Source: a virus. From it: 64,000 bases of DNA. The stretch covers positions 32,001 through 96,000 of the IMG/VR virus record IMGVR_UViG_3300019850_000189; one strand, 5' to 3'. Both the position numbers and the translations under genes were made by a program. The notes under the pieces were generated by a model, which searched no databases, was not told the DNA's origin, and was given only the letters and a program-made list of their open reading frames with translations. Positions 27,981 to 37,673 of the stretch are shown one piece after another; the first letter of the stretch is position 1, and each line of letters opens with the position of its first letter.

Positions 27981-28760
27981 ATGAAAATAGCAGTAGCATC
28001 AGATTTGCACATGGGCAACACAATTGATGTTGATAATAACAAATTCTCATTGCACACTATCGATAATGTGATGAAGTTTATCAAGTATCTGGAGAGCATC
28101 TCTGACAGAGTTTATCTTGCTGGAGATATTTGGGAAGGCTTGAAGTGCCCATTAAAAGCCTCTCTTAAAAAGCATATGCAGGTATTTAGGTATGTTAAGA
28201 AAAATAATAAAATAAAATACATAAGAGGCAATCATGATTGGGCCATGTTAGCTTATGGTTTTGGATATAGAAAAATCATCAGAATTGATGACAAGAATAT
28301 ATATATTGGACATGGCAACCTGTATGATTTCGGAAAAACCTGGTATAAATTTTTAGTAATTCCACTTGATTTATTAATTGGTATAATCGCCTTAATTCTG
28401 TTCCCTTTAAGATTTTTCATAGGCAGATTATTCGGCAGGTTTATTCTGGATAAAGTTCTCGAAGGGAATAAAGTGGATGATATAGATCAGATAGACACCC
28501 AAACAGAAATAAATTTCGAAGATCGCACTGAGCAGTTGGTCCAGGAGCAATTTTTGATATCCAATAACGTAGATACTGCCGCTTTGAGAATACTCAAAAA
28601 TGGTTTTGATGCTGTTATATTTGGGCACACCCATGAAGCCAGAAATGTTAGAGATGGCAAAAAATTGTATTTGAATTCTGGAAGATCCAATCAAAAACAC
28701 TTTGAATATGTTCTTTTGGATACTCAAGATATGAGCGCAAAAGTATGCAGGTTGATATAA
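27981..28760 (+). CDS. Calcineurin-like metallophosphoesterase (LpxH-like)
   Basis: SDLHMG, AGDIWE, RGNHD, GHGNLYD, FGHTH; internal hydrophobic helix. Confidence 0.85.
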   Translation: MKIAVASDLHMGNTIDVDNNKFSLHTIDNVMKFIKYLESISDRVYLAGDIWEGLKCPLKASLKKHMQVFRYVKKNNKIKYIRGNHDWAMLAYGFGYRKIIRIDDKNIYIGHGNLYDFGKTWYKFLVIPLDLLIGIIALILFPLRFFIGRLFGRFILDKVLEGNKVDDIDQIDTQTEINFEDRTEQLVQEQFLISNNVDTAALRILKNGFDAVIFGHTHEARNVRDGKKLYLNSGRSNQKHFEYVLLDTQDMSAKVCRLI

Positions 28761-28770
28761 GGAGTTTAAA

Positions 28771-29067
28771 ATGAAAGTAAAACAATTCAAAGCTTTGTAT
28801 TTGCGACACAGAGCACAAAGTATCTGCGATGTTGTTTTCATTAAAGATGGCGATATGACGGTCTTAAAAGATGATGATGAGATAGGAGACCGAATGGTTT
28901 TAATACGCCCCAAGGAAAAGATTGTACAAGAAGAGATTACAATTGATATTCCCGCGGATGTCTATCGGTTTATAGCTGAATATGCTCAGAAAAACCGCAT
29001 GATATTTGATGAAGCAATGGAAGAAATGATTAAAAAATCATTAGAGACAAACAAGGAACATATATAG
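28771..29067 (+). CDS. Hypothetical protein with C-terminal RHH-like segment
   Basis: AAGGAG SD; ITIDIPADVYRFIAEYAQKN. Confidence 0.6.
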   Translation: MKVKQFKALYLRHRAQSICDVVFIKDGDMTVLKDDDEIGDRMVLIRPKEKIVQEEITIDIPADVYRFIAEYAQKNRMIFDEAMEEMIKKSLETNKEHI

Positions 29068-29091
29068 AGGTATATTAATAGGAGGCGTTAG

Positions 29092-29535
29092 ATGACATTA
29101 GCAGAAGCTCTCATGGAGCGCAGAGATATTATTAAGAAAATTAACAAGATTAAAGAAGAGATCAGAAGCAATCTTGTTACGAAAGAGGATTTCCAGTTAC
29201 CTTTTGACATGGATAAACTTTTTGATGATTTCATATTATATCAAAATAAGCTCATGGATATCAACACTAGAATAGATAAAACAAATGTGAAAGTCATTAA
29301 TGACAAATTAAATCAGATCAGAATTTTTGATGCTATCATTATGTTCTACAAGGAATGCAGGAAAGATATACTTCAGGATAGAGGTAGTGGCTTATACCGT
29401 GAAGAACGTCGCTATGTAAGAAATTATGATATTAATCAAATAAACAGTAATATTGATGAATACGAAAAAATTAGGAGAGAACTTGATCGCTCTATTCAGA
29501 AAATAAACTGGAAAACGGAGCTAGAAGAAGAATGA
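29092..29535 (+). CDS. DIP1984-family coiled-coil protein
   Basis: MTLAEALMERRDI N-terminus and IQKINWKTEL C-terminus are typical of the family. Confidence 0.75.
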   Translation: MTLAEALMERRDIIKKINKIKEEIRSNLVTKEDFQLPFDMDKLFDDFILYQNKLMDINTRIDKTNVKVINDKLNQIRIFDAIIMFYKECRKDILQDRGSGLYREERRYVRNYDINQINSNIDEYEKIRRELDRSIQKINWKTELEEE

Positions 29536-29797
29536 AACGCGGGCGAATCTATTGGATAATGGAAAAGCAATTCCAAGAGCAAAACCTTGATAGGCACAGC
29601 AGCTGACGTGGTTCAAGACTTACCTTGCCATATAGCAAAACTTCCCACTCAAGAAGCTGTGAGTGTCACCAAAAACTCAAGATTCAAGACTTATCTTAAA
29701 GCTCTTCCGATCTTCTAGCTTTCGCCCACTTTTTTATGAGAAATTGAAAATAAAGGAATAGTTTAAATGTTATGCCTGCTAATAAGAACAAAATAAT

Positions 29798-30133
29798 TTA
29801 GCTAATTTTTTTAACTATTTGATATGCCAGCACAATAATATTGTCCATTTTACTAATAATTTCTGTGAATTTGTTTAGCTTTTCCATGGATTCATTAATC
29901 ATTGCAACAGCATCTCCTGCCTCTTCGGTGAGAGCCTTAATATCATTGATGACTTGCTCACTATTGCTAAGCTGCTCCATATCGGCTGCTAAAATACTTT
30001 CAAAGTTTTGCTCCAGTTGTCTTATTCTTGTTCTTACCCGAATTACATCATTCTCCTTTTTATTTCTTAACTGGCGATATTCTGCTCGCAGCCCGTTCAA
30101 AGATGTTTCTAAGCTTTCTAATACATCTGTCAT
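29798..30133 (-). CDS. Hypothetical coiled-coil protein
   Basis: Coupled to the upstream lipoprotein (TAATG); GAGG SD. Confidence 0.65.
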   Translation of the reverse strand: MTDVLESLETSLNGLRAEYRQLRNKKENDVIRVRTRIRQLEQNFESILAADMEQLSNSEQVINDIKALTEEAGDAVAMINESMEKLNKFTEIISKMDNIIVLAYQIVKKIS

Positions 30134-31011
30134 TAATTAACCTCATTGTATATTTTTTCCAGCGATTTTCCATATTGAATAAAATCACGCATATTTCGGT
30201 TATATTTAAATTCTTTCAATGAAGCGTGGATCCCTGGAATTGTTTCATATATTTTATGAACTAATTTAAGTGCCTCAAGATTTCTTTTATATTCTTTATT
30301 AAGATCGAAAGCCCTGTCTGCAATTTCCCTTCTGTGATTTGCATTTTTTTCATTAAACAATTCCTCTTCTATTTGCGCGAACAGCTGAGAATAGTTGTGG
30401 TATAACATAAGTTCTATTTTATCTATGATCTTTATAGACTGAATTGAGTAAGCTTCTATAACGGGTTGATTGTCTTTGAGAATTTCAGCTAAAAGTTCTT
30501 TTCTGCGTCTTTCCATTAATAATCTTGTAATCTCAGCTCCTGAAACTGTTAGCGTTGGCATTATCGCATCGGGCATAGATAATTCTAAATCTTTAATAAC
30601 TTCGTCTGAAGCATCATTTATACCCTTGGCCAATTCCATGAAATTATTTTTATCAACTATCTCAGAACCAGAAAGAGTGACCAGCAATCCAAAATAGTTT
30701 ATGGCAAGGGTATTAATATTATTAATTGCATGTCGCGACAAAGCAATTGCTTTCAACATTGATGTATTTTGCTCCGGATGTATACTATAGGCCGCGTTTC
30801 GTTCAAGAAATATATTATATAGTTCGCGGTCATTAAGTATTATTTCTTCTTCTAAAATCCTGTTAGTGAGATCGTAATTCTCATCAAGAACCGAATTAAT
30901 TGTTTTTGCGGCATTATTTGCAGTATCTAAAAGCGATGTGAAATTATCTGTTTGGATGGAGGAACAGCTTACTGTCATAAATATAATTAATATTAACCAC
31001 AGTTTTTTCAT
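30133..31011 (-). CDS. Putative lipoprotein
   Basis: MKKLWLILIIFMTVSC signal peptide with lipobox Cys. Confidence 0.7.
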   Translation of the reverse strand: MKKLWLILIIFMTVSCSSIQTDNFTSLLDTANNAAKTINSVLDENYDLTNRILEEEIILNDRELYNIFLERNAAYSIHPEQNTSMLKAIALSRHAINNINTLAINYFGLLVTLSGSEIVDKNNFMELAKGINDASDEVIKDLELSMPDAIMPTLTVSGAEITRLLMERRRKELLAEILKDNQPVIEAYSIQSIKIIDKIELMLYHNYSQLFAQIEEELFNEKNANHRREIADRAFDLNKEYKRNLEALKLVHKIYETIPGIHASLKEFKYNRNMRDFIQYGKSLEKIYNEVN

Positions 31012-31095
31012 TTAATTTCCCTATTGTCGATCTTATCTTTGAATGGTTACATATATAATAATAAGATGTCACAAAAACAGAAAAGAGGTAATTTA

Positions 31096-33096
31096 ATGTC
31101 CAACAGTTTAGAATTAAGCTTGTGGCGCGCAGCTAATGAATTAAGAACTAACAGTAACTTGGATGCACATGAATATATGAAGCCGGTTTTAGGCTTAATA
31201 TTTTTAAAATGCGCTGAGCGATCTAATTTTATAAATACACCAGAAAAAGCTACATTCTCATATATTAAGGAACACAAGTCTGGACTGGGTACCATTTTGA
31301 ATAAAGCCATGATGATTATAGAAGAAAACAATAACATGCTTAAAAATTCATTACCTAAAATGTATGATGCGCTAGATGATAGTGTACTGGCTTCTTTAAT
31401 TAATTTACTTGACAGTATTGCAGCAAAAAAAGATAAGGACTTCTTTGGCCAAATATATGAATACTTTTTAGGTAAATTTGCTCTAATGGAGGGCAGAAAT
31501 GGAGGGGAGTACTATACTCCTTCTTCTATTGTAAAATTAATATGCGCCATTATAAAACCTAAAAATGGCAAGTTGCTCGATCCGGCATGCGGTTCTGGCG
31601 GTATGTTTGTTCAGGCCTTAAAAAATACCGAAAATTTAGAAATTTTCGGGCAAGAGAAATCACATGATTCAATAAATGTATGTAAAATGAATCTAGCCGC
31701 GCACGGCTCAGAAGGCACGATTGTACAAGGGAATTCTTATTATGAAAGCAAATATGATGAAAAATTCGATTTTGTAATGGCAAATCCACCTTTTAACGCT
31801 AAACAATTTAATGCCGACAAACTAAAAAAAGATTATAGATATAAATATGGTATTCCGAATACAAATGCGAATTACTTATGGATTCAAATATTTATAAATG
31901 CGCTTAATGAAACAGGGCGCGCCGGTTTTGTTATGTCTAATATAGCTGCTGATGCTAGTTATACAGAATTAGATATACGAAAAAAGATTATAAAAGACAG
32001 ATTAGTAGACATAATAATATCAGTAGGCCCAAATTTCTTTTACAATGCTACACTAGGATGTATGCTATGGTTTATTGATAAGTCTAAATCAACAAGCGAT
32101 AGGGCTGATGATATTTTATTTATAGACGCCACAGGGATATCTGTTAATGATATTGGCTCTTATAAGAAATTCTCAAAAGAGCAGATTAGTCGAATCGCAG
32201 AAGTGGTTGAAAGTTATAGAGATGGTATTATAGATAATTTGCCGAATTTCTGCAAGATTACTAAGATTAAGGAAGTAGCCAAAAAGAGTTTTTCACTCAA
32301 TCCTAGAAAATATATTATAATATCTAATACCAATTTTAGTGAAAAAAAGCTAAACTCTATAAGGAATGATGTAATCGCAATATCGCAAAATTCAAAAAAT
32401 ATTGAAGATTCGCTTTTGCATAATATAGAAGGAGTTATTGAAAACAAGAAATTTGTGGCGCAGGTCCCATCTATGGATATATTTACCCTATCTAAAAAAT
32501 ACAGAGAAATTTATAAATGGTTTCCCAAAATATTATTTCATAAATGGTTTGAATTATATAATTTCCCGGGAGCCGATGAAATAAATTTCAAGAAGACAAA
32601 AATGGGGGTTATACCATCTAACTTTAAAATTGTTAATTTAGCTGATATAGTAGATTTCATAAAGGGGATTGAACCAGGGCGAAAGAACTATAAAGATTAC
32701 TCGCCTAAAAGATTAAAATTTATAAGAGTCGGAGATATTGGCACCAGACCATCTGATATATGGATAGAAAAGGACATAGTGGGCAATAAAATATTAATGC
32801 CAAAAGATATTGTATTAACTTTAGATGCTACAATTGGACTAGTGGCTACGGGCCTTTATGGTTCTTATGCGTCTGGCATAAGAAAATTAGTTATTAAAGA
32901 CTGTTCTAAGATTAATAAAACATTCTTGTTTTATTTATTACAGTCTGATTATATACAGAATACGATAACTAGTTATGGAAAGGGGACAACAATACAACAC
33001 GCGAGCTCGGTTGTTAACAACTTTAAATGCGTAATTCCTCCATTAGATTTGCAAAACAGCTTTGCTAATATAGTTTCTCCGATAATAAAATTTTAG
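31096..33096 (+). CDS. Type I HsdM-like N6-adenine methyltransferase fused to one HsdS-like target-recognition domain
   Basis: DFFGQIYEYFLGKFA...GEYYTP, DPACGSGGM, ANPPFN; C-terminal GVIPSNFKIVNLADI...FIRVGDI...IPPLDLQ (half HsdS). Confidence 0.85.
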   Translation: MSNSLELSLWRAANELRTNSNLDAHEYMKPVLGLIFLKCAERSNFINTPEKATFSYIKEHKSGLGTILNKAMMIIEENNNMLKNSLPKMYDALDDSVLASLINLLDSIAAKKDKDFFGQIYEYFLGKFALMEGRNGGEYYTPSSIVKLICAIIKPKNGKLLDPACGSGGMFVQALKNTENLEIFGQEKSHDSINVCKMNLAAHGSEGTIVQGNSYYESKYDEKFDFVMANPPFNAKQFNADKLKKDYRYKYGIPNTNANYLWIQIFINALNETGRAGFVMSNIAADASYTELDIRKKIIKDRLVDIIISVGPNFFYNATLGCMLWFIDKSKSTSDRADDILFIDATGISVNDIGSYKKFSKEQISRIAEVVESYRDGIIDNLPNFCKITKIKEVAKKSFSLNPRKYIIISNTNFSEKKLNSIRNDVIAISQNSKNIEDSLLHNIEGVIENKKFVAQVPSMDIFTLSKKYREIYKWFPKILFHKWFELYNFPGADEINFKKTKMGVIPSNFKIVNLADIVDFIKGIEPGRKNYKDYSPKRLKFIRVGDIGTRPSDIWIEKDIVGNKILMPKDIVLTLDATIGLVATGLYGSYASGIRKLVIKDCSKINKTFLFYLLQSDYIQNTITSYGKGTTIQHASSVVNNFKCVIPPLDLQNSFANIVSPIIKF

Positions 33097-33097
33097 A

Positions 33098-33126
33098 TTT
33101 ACAAAAAGAGCATTTCGTGTTATACT
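33098..33126 (+). promoter_or_regulatory. Sigma70-like promoter
   Basis: TTTACA-17 nt-TATACT. Confidence 0.7.
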
Positions 33127-33145
33127 TATATACAAGGAGCGTTTT

Positions 33146-34027
33146 ATGGATAAAAACAAATATTTTGAAACTAACGAAAAATTAATAGAAGAAGGCATAA
33201 GAGAACTTTATTTACGGCCTAGATTGAAAAGAATGAAATGGTCTAAAATTACAAACCAGTCTATACAAGCAGATGCTTATGTTGGCCAGCAAATAGTTTC
33301 ATTAGTTACTGGTATTAAGGGTACGGGTTCCAGAGGGCGGGGTGATGATCTTGCCGATGAGAGCGAAATCAAATCTGCTATTAGAATAGATCAAATGTGC
33401 AGATGCAATGATTGTAAATATACATTCCCATCTCTTCTAGATAAAGAATGCCCAAAATGCGGTTCTAAAAATTACAATCAACCAAAAGATTCACATGCGA
33501 GCATAAGATTAGCCACAAACCATGATTTAGAAACTTTAATAAATCTTCCGGCCATTTATAATCTTTTAATAGACGCCTCAGAGGATAAAGAAAACCATAT
33601 AAGAATTAGAATATGGAAAATCGATCCCACAAGAGAAAAAGCGAAAGAATTTTTTAAAGGTTCTCTTGAAAATAACAAAACAAAAGGAAGCAGCAATGTC
33701 AATTTTCATCCCTTAAAGCGACAATGGCATTTGATGGAGCCCGAAATGATCTTCTTGGCAGAAACTAATGAGACAGGAGCTGATTTTAAAACAAAATTTT
33801 ACAATCTTGATTATCCTGAAAAAGAATTAATGCCAATTAAATTATTAAATATAGAGGAAATAAAATCTCTTTACCCAAATGTGATTTTTAAGAAAAATTG
33901 TAGTAAGGTGGAGATGATAAAGCAAATTGGCACCGAATTTTTGTCAGAGGAGCTAATGAGTAAAGTTGAAATGAAAGTGGGAAACACTTTTACTTATAAA
34001 AATCCTTATGATAGAAGAAAAAAATGA
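33146..34027 (+). CDS. MamI-family restriction endonuclease
   Basis: RPRL..MKWSKITNQ...GQQIVSLVTG..G...RGDDLAD.SE.KSA.RIDQ..RC..C matches the RE_MamI pattern; CPKC zinc site. Confidence 0.75.
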   Translation: MDKNKYFETNEKLIEEGIRELYLRPRLKRMKWSKITNQSIQADAYVGQQIVSLVTGIKGTGSRGRGDDLADESEIKSAIRIDQMCRCNDCKYTFPSLLDKECPKCGSKNYNQPKDSHASIRLATNHDLETLINLPAIYNLLIDASEDKENHIRIRIWKIDPTREKAKEFFKGSLENNKTKGSSNVNFHPLKRQWHLMEPEMIFLAETNETGADFKTKFYNLDYPEKELMPIKLLNIEEIKSLYPNVIFKKNCSKVEMIKQIGTEFLSEELMSKVEMKVGNTFTYKNPYDRRKK

Positions 34028-34277
34028 GAGTAATTACAAGAGAAAATTTTATAATCCGGCCAGCAAGAATGGAGTATGGCTGGCTGAAATTATTAAAAGG
34101 CTTATGGTTTGTATAAAGAGCATATATACTAGTGATAATGTCGATGAATGTAAGCTCCGTCTTTATAAAATAGTCAAACCTCTTTTATCCAAACAAGAAC
34201 GAAAAGAGGCCCAAGAAATACTAAATAGAAATATAGTTTGTGCAGACGCATTAACTTATGATTATAGTTTTAAATAG
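34008..34277 (+). pseudogene. Probable remnant of a DNA methyltransferase C-terminal segment
   Basis: EILNRNIVCADALTYDY resembles Eco57I/type IIG methylase segments; no motif I or IV. Confidence 0.35.
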
Positions 34278-34291
34278 GGGGAGGCAACAAA

Positions 34292-34909
34292 ATGAGAAAG
34301 ATAGCAAAGATGTTGGGACTGGTTATACTGATTATATCAATATTCAGTATTGCCATGGCAAAAAATGAGTATGTAGAATATTTGGGTAGTCTATCGCCAA
34401 CCTTACAGATAAGCATGGAGGGTCAAAGACTGATTGTTCAGCATGTTTTTACAAACGACAAACCTCCATATAATACTGAATACTATAATAATGGTTTCAC
34501 AGATTATTACCATGTAAACCATGGTATTCTCAAAATAGAATATAGTAGATATATTCGGATTAACGGAGACTTTAAGCGTGATGGTTTCGGAGCATCCAAT
34601 GCTGGTATTGTCAAGAAAGAAAACGATAAACTGCCTGAAAATAATGTGAGTAATGTCTTTAATGTATTAGGGTTATTTTCTCATGCCTTTCCAGGAGATA
34701 TTGAATATCAGGTAATAATAACAGATAAGCTTAGCTCGAAGTGGTATCAAGTAGATAATATTAAAGACATAGTCATACCTGATGACAAAAGTTTTGATAT
34801 TCAGGTTTTTATGTATGATGATCCTGATTATTTACAAGTGATGCTTACTTATAGCCCAGAGACTCAAAAATATATAATACTTGGAATGGATATAGCGATA
34901 TATCAGTAA
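34292..34909 (+). CDS. Secreted hypothetical protein
   Basis: GGGGGAGG SD; Sec signal peptide (…SIAMA). Confidence 0.7.
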   Translation: MRKIAKMLGLVILIISIFSIAMAKNEYVEYLGSLSPTLQISMEGQRLIVQHVFTNDKPPYNTEYYNNGFTDYYHVNHGILKIEYSRYIRINGDFKRDGFGASNAGIVKKENDKLPENNVSNVFNVLGLFSHAFPGDIEYQVIITDKLSSKWYQVDNIKDIVIPDDKSFDIQVFMYDDPDYLQVMLTYSPETQKYIILGMDIAIYQ

Positions 34910-35057
34910 AATAGTGCGCGCTTATCTTTCTCAAGGATAAGTGCGGCGTCGCACAGGTGCAGGGTGATGGTGCATAAATGGCAGTGATATATTCTGGCCG
35001 GAGGACAAATTAAAAGTAACCTTCAGATAGCCTGTATGCGTCAGACAATAATATAAT

Positions 35058-35255
35058 ATGAAAGTAATTCACACATATCTCCAGTTTATAACCGCGATTC
35101 CATTAAAGCCAATGGCATAATCCCAACTAAAGTGAGGCGCCTAGACCATCAGAGATATGATTTTCTGCAAAGTATGGATTCATCCCAGAAATGATATGTA
35201 CAATTTGTATGACCAGGAATATATTGATTTCAGAAAGGTATTTGATAGAAATTTA
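35058..35255 (+). pseudogene. Degraded duplicate of the 36117..36647 gene
   Basis: Near-identical to 36117-36207 joined to 36297-~36400; 89-nt deletion at CATC microhomology; 2-nt insertion near the start. Confidence 0.85.
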
Positions 35256-35257
35256 TA

Positions 35258-35929
35258 TTAATTTTTCTCAGATATTGGCAACCAGTAATGTGCCTTTAAA
35301 TTAGGTATATTCCAAAGTAAAATTTCATTATGAAATTCAACATTTGGAAATACGTCCAGTGGTAAAGATACAATAGAAGTTATCTCAGCACTACAATTAT
35401 CTCTAAAATATTTCCACCTCTTTGAGATTACTCTTTGATTCAGTCTAAAACCCATAGGACTAAATAATACTACCGGTGTATCTTCACCATATAATTCAAA
35501 TATCTTTTTTATAAACAACTCAGGATAAAGTTTTTTCCTATATTTTTTTGATTCACTATTAAAATTAAATGGCGGATTACATAACACTAAACTAATTTCA
35601 TTAATATTATATGTTAGTTTTATATGTTCAGGTGTTAAAGTTAAAAAATCAATTTTATGAAATATATCTGTCCATTGTCGATTTGGGTCATCATGAATGT
35701 CATATCCTATAGTAAGAATTTTAGACTCAAAAGATTCTTTAAAATTAGCTAAAAGATTTGCTGAACCAACTGCTGGGTCAATAATAATTCTTTTTCCATT
35801 ATTTATATTTGTTTTAATATGTTCAGATAAGGTATTAAATAAAAAATTACAAATATTTTTTGGAGTATAAATAATATTATTTTTTTTATTTTCATGATAT
35901 TTATTTCTGGAAGTGGATAATGGATTCAT
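35258..35929 (-). CDS. Small N6-adenine DNA methyltransferase
   Basis: IIYTPKNI, IIDPAVGSANL (motif I), LCNPPFN (motif IV). Confidence 0.85.
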   Translation of the reverse strand: MNPLSTSRNKYHENKKNNIIYTPKNICNFLFNTLSEHIKTNINNGKRIIIDPAVGSANLLANFKESFESKILTIGYDIHDDPNRQWTDIFHKIDFLTLTPEHIKLTYNINEISLVLCNPPFNFNSESKKYRKKLYPELFIKKIFELYGEDTPVVLFSPMGFRLNQRVISKRWKYFRDNCSAEITSIVSLPLDVFPNVEFHNEILLWNIPNLKAHYWLPISEKN

Positions 35930-36116
35930 ATATGATGTCTTTGCCCTTTCATTCTAATTGTAATTCCTTTACCGTGGTCATATTCATGTTGGAAAACTGC
36001 TGCCTACATGCCACTTATTTTTTAACTACCACGCAAGGTTATTGAACATGGTATTAATATATATGTTATGTGAAGTTGTGACATATGTATAATATACCAA
36101 AGCAAAAGGCGATAAT

Positions 36117-36647
36117 ATGAAAGTAATACACATATCTCCAGTTTATAACCGTGATTCCATTAAAGCCAATGGCATAATCCCAACTAAAGTGAGGCACCTA
36201 GACCATCTAGCATATTTTGTGGAACGCGATATTTGCACAAAAGATGGGAAAGCAATATATACTTGGCAAGATTCTATTGATAACGAAAAATTCATCAGAG
36301 ATATGATTTTCTGCAAAGTATGGATTCATCCCAGAAATAATATGTATAATTTGTATGACCAGGAATATATTGATTTCAGAAAGGTATTTGATAGAAATTT
36401 ATGCAATTATAATTATATGTTGTATGATGTATATGTTATAGAAACTCCTGATAGTAACTCATGTGATTACCACATACAACTACCAAGCGATAATATATTC
36501 AGCACATTGTGGAATATGCCGGGGGAGTATGCCCATGATCATAAACGCCTTTTTATTTTTAAGAATCCTTTAAAAAGCATAAAGATTATTGGACAGGCGC
36601 AATATTATTTTGATAATAATAAATATCATATTAAAATTTTAAAATAG
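36117..36647 (+). CDS. Hypothetical protein, possible ADP-ribosyltransferase-like fold
   Basis: N-terminal HISPVYNRDSIKANGIIP resembles the H-x-T...N..SI...GL.P start of ART/Tpt1-like folds. Confidence 0.5.
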   Translation: MKVIHISPVYNRDSIKANGIIPTKVRHLDHLAYFVERDICTKDGKAIYTWQDSIDNEKFIRDMIFCKVWIHPRNNMYNLYDQEYIDFRKVFDRNLCNYNYMLYDVYVIETPDSNSCDYHIQLPSDNIFSTLWNMPGEYAHDHKRLFIFKNPLKSIKIIGQAQYYFDNNKYHIKILK

Positions 36648-36648
36648 C

Positions 36649-36677
36649 TTTACAAAACCTCTAGAGTGTGATATATT
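36649..36677 (+). promoter_or_regulatory. Sigma70-like promoter (identical copy at 37616)
   Basis: TTTACA-17 nt-TATATT; shares 34 identical nt with 37615-37648. Confidence 0.75.
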
Positions 36678-37009
36678 TATATCATAGGAGGCGACATGCC
36701 GAACAATAATGAATCATTAGAGATACAGGATAAAAATGAGCACGAATCTACTATTCAAAAGCAAACAAATAACTAAGGAGGCAATAAAATGGCAGCATTA
36801 ATTCTTTATGCTTTTTCATGTATCACAACAACTTTTGCAGGATCTTATATAGTTTTATCTGATCAGGTTAGTGGATTAACCAATGCACAGATAAATCATA
36901 TAATTGTAGAACTGAAAGCGGAAGATAAATGAAATAAGAATTCGAATGGAGCAAGAATAATTCTCTTGTAATGTGCAATAAATTAATTTTAATTTAGGGG
37001 AGTTTGTTT

Positions 37010-37612
37010 ATGAAAAGGCTATTTATAATGATAGTGTTAACTGTGGTATTTATTTTCCCGGAAGTTTTACATGCTAGTGACTGGCCTATAGAGGATAACT
37101 TATCTAGCGTGGTTTTCAGTCTCCACATACGCGGATCGAGAGCGAATTTGAAAACACTTGAGCTTTTAAAAACGGATGGATATAACTCAACAATTGAAAA
37201 TCAATTAGGCAGCTTTATATATTTCGTAATAAGTAAATACACGAACAAAGTTAAATATCAAAATCTAGCTGAATTTCATAGTGAAAATAACAAATACCGT
37301 ACTCCGACTACTCTCTGGATTATATTTGAAATATCATATAATATATGGCCTAAAAGAGATTCATCAGGTAAAATCTTGCCTGGTCTCGAAGAGTATACGG
37401 GTAGTTATAGAATAGAATTTCGACGGGAATGTACGCTAACGGCTATTGAAGATTACAGTTGGTGGTTAATTTATCACTACAACACAGGTGCAAAATTTCC
37501 TCTTACGTCTGACCAAAATTATAATAGTATAAGTTCTCTATTGGCTGACATGGAAGATTTTATAGGCATGGACTTAGATTATGAGCTCAAGAAAATTGAG
37601 TTCGTAAAATAG
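37010..37612 (+). CDS. Secreted hypothetical protein
   Basis: GGGGAG SD; signal peptide ending VLHA. Confidence 0.65.
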   Translation: MKRLFIMIVLTVVFIFPEVLHASDWPIEDNLSSVVFSLHIRGSRANLKTLELLKTDGYNSTIENQLGSFIYFVISKYTNKVKYQNLAEFHSENNKYRTPTTLWIIFEISYNIWPKRDSSGKILPGLEEYTGSYRIEFRRECTLTAIEDYSWWLIYHYNTGAKFPLTSDQNYNSISSLLADMEDFIGMDLDYELKKIEFVK

Positions 37613-37615
37613 AAC

Positions 37616-37644
37616 TTTACAAAACCTCTAGAGTGTGATATATT
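37616..37644 (+). promoter_or_regulatory. Sigma70-like promoter upstream of rIIA
   Basis: TTTACA-17 nt-TATATT. Confidence 0.75.
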
Positions 37645-37673
37645 TATAATATACCATAACAAAAGGTGATAAT

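Noticed and set aside
29538-29760. Intergenic stretch with an 11-nt direct repeat (ttcaagactta twice)
   Set aside because: Only two short copies, no convincing structure or ORF; probably decayed coding sequence between convergent genes.
34912-35050. GC-rich intergenic patch as a possible ncRNA
   Set aside because: Only one clear hairpin (gcgcttatc/gataagtgc), adequately explained as a terminator-like stem after the secreted-protein gene.
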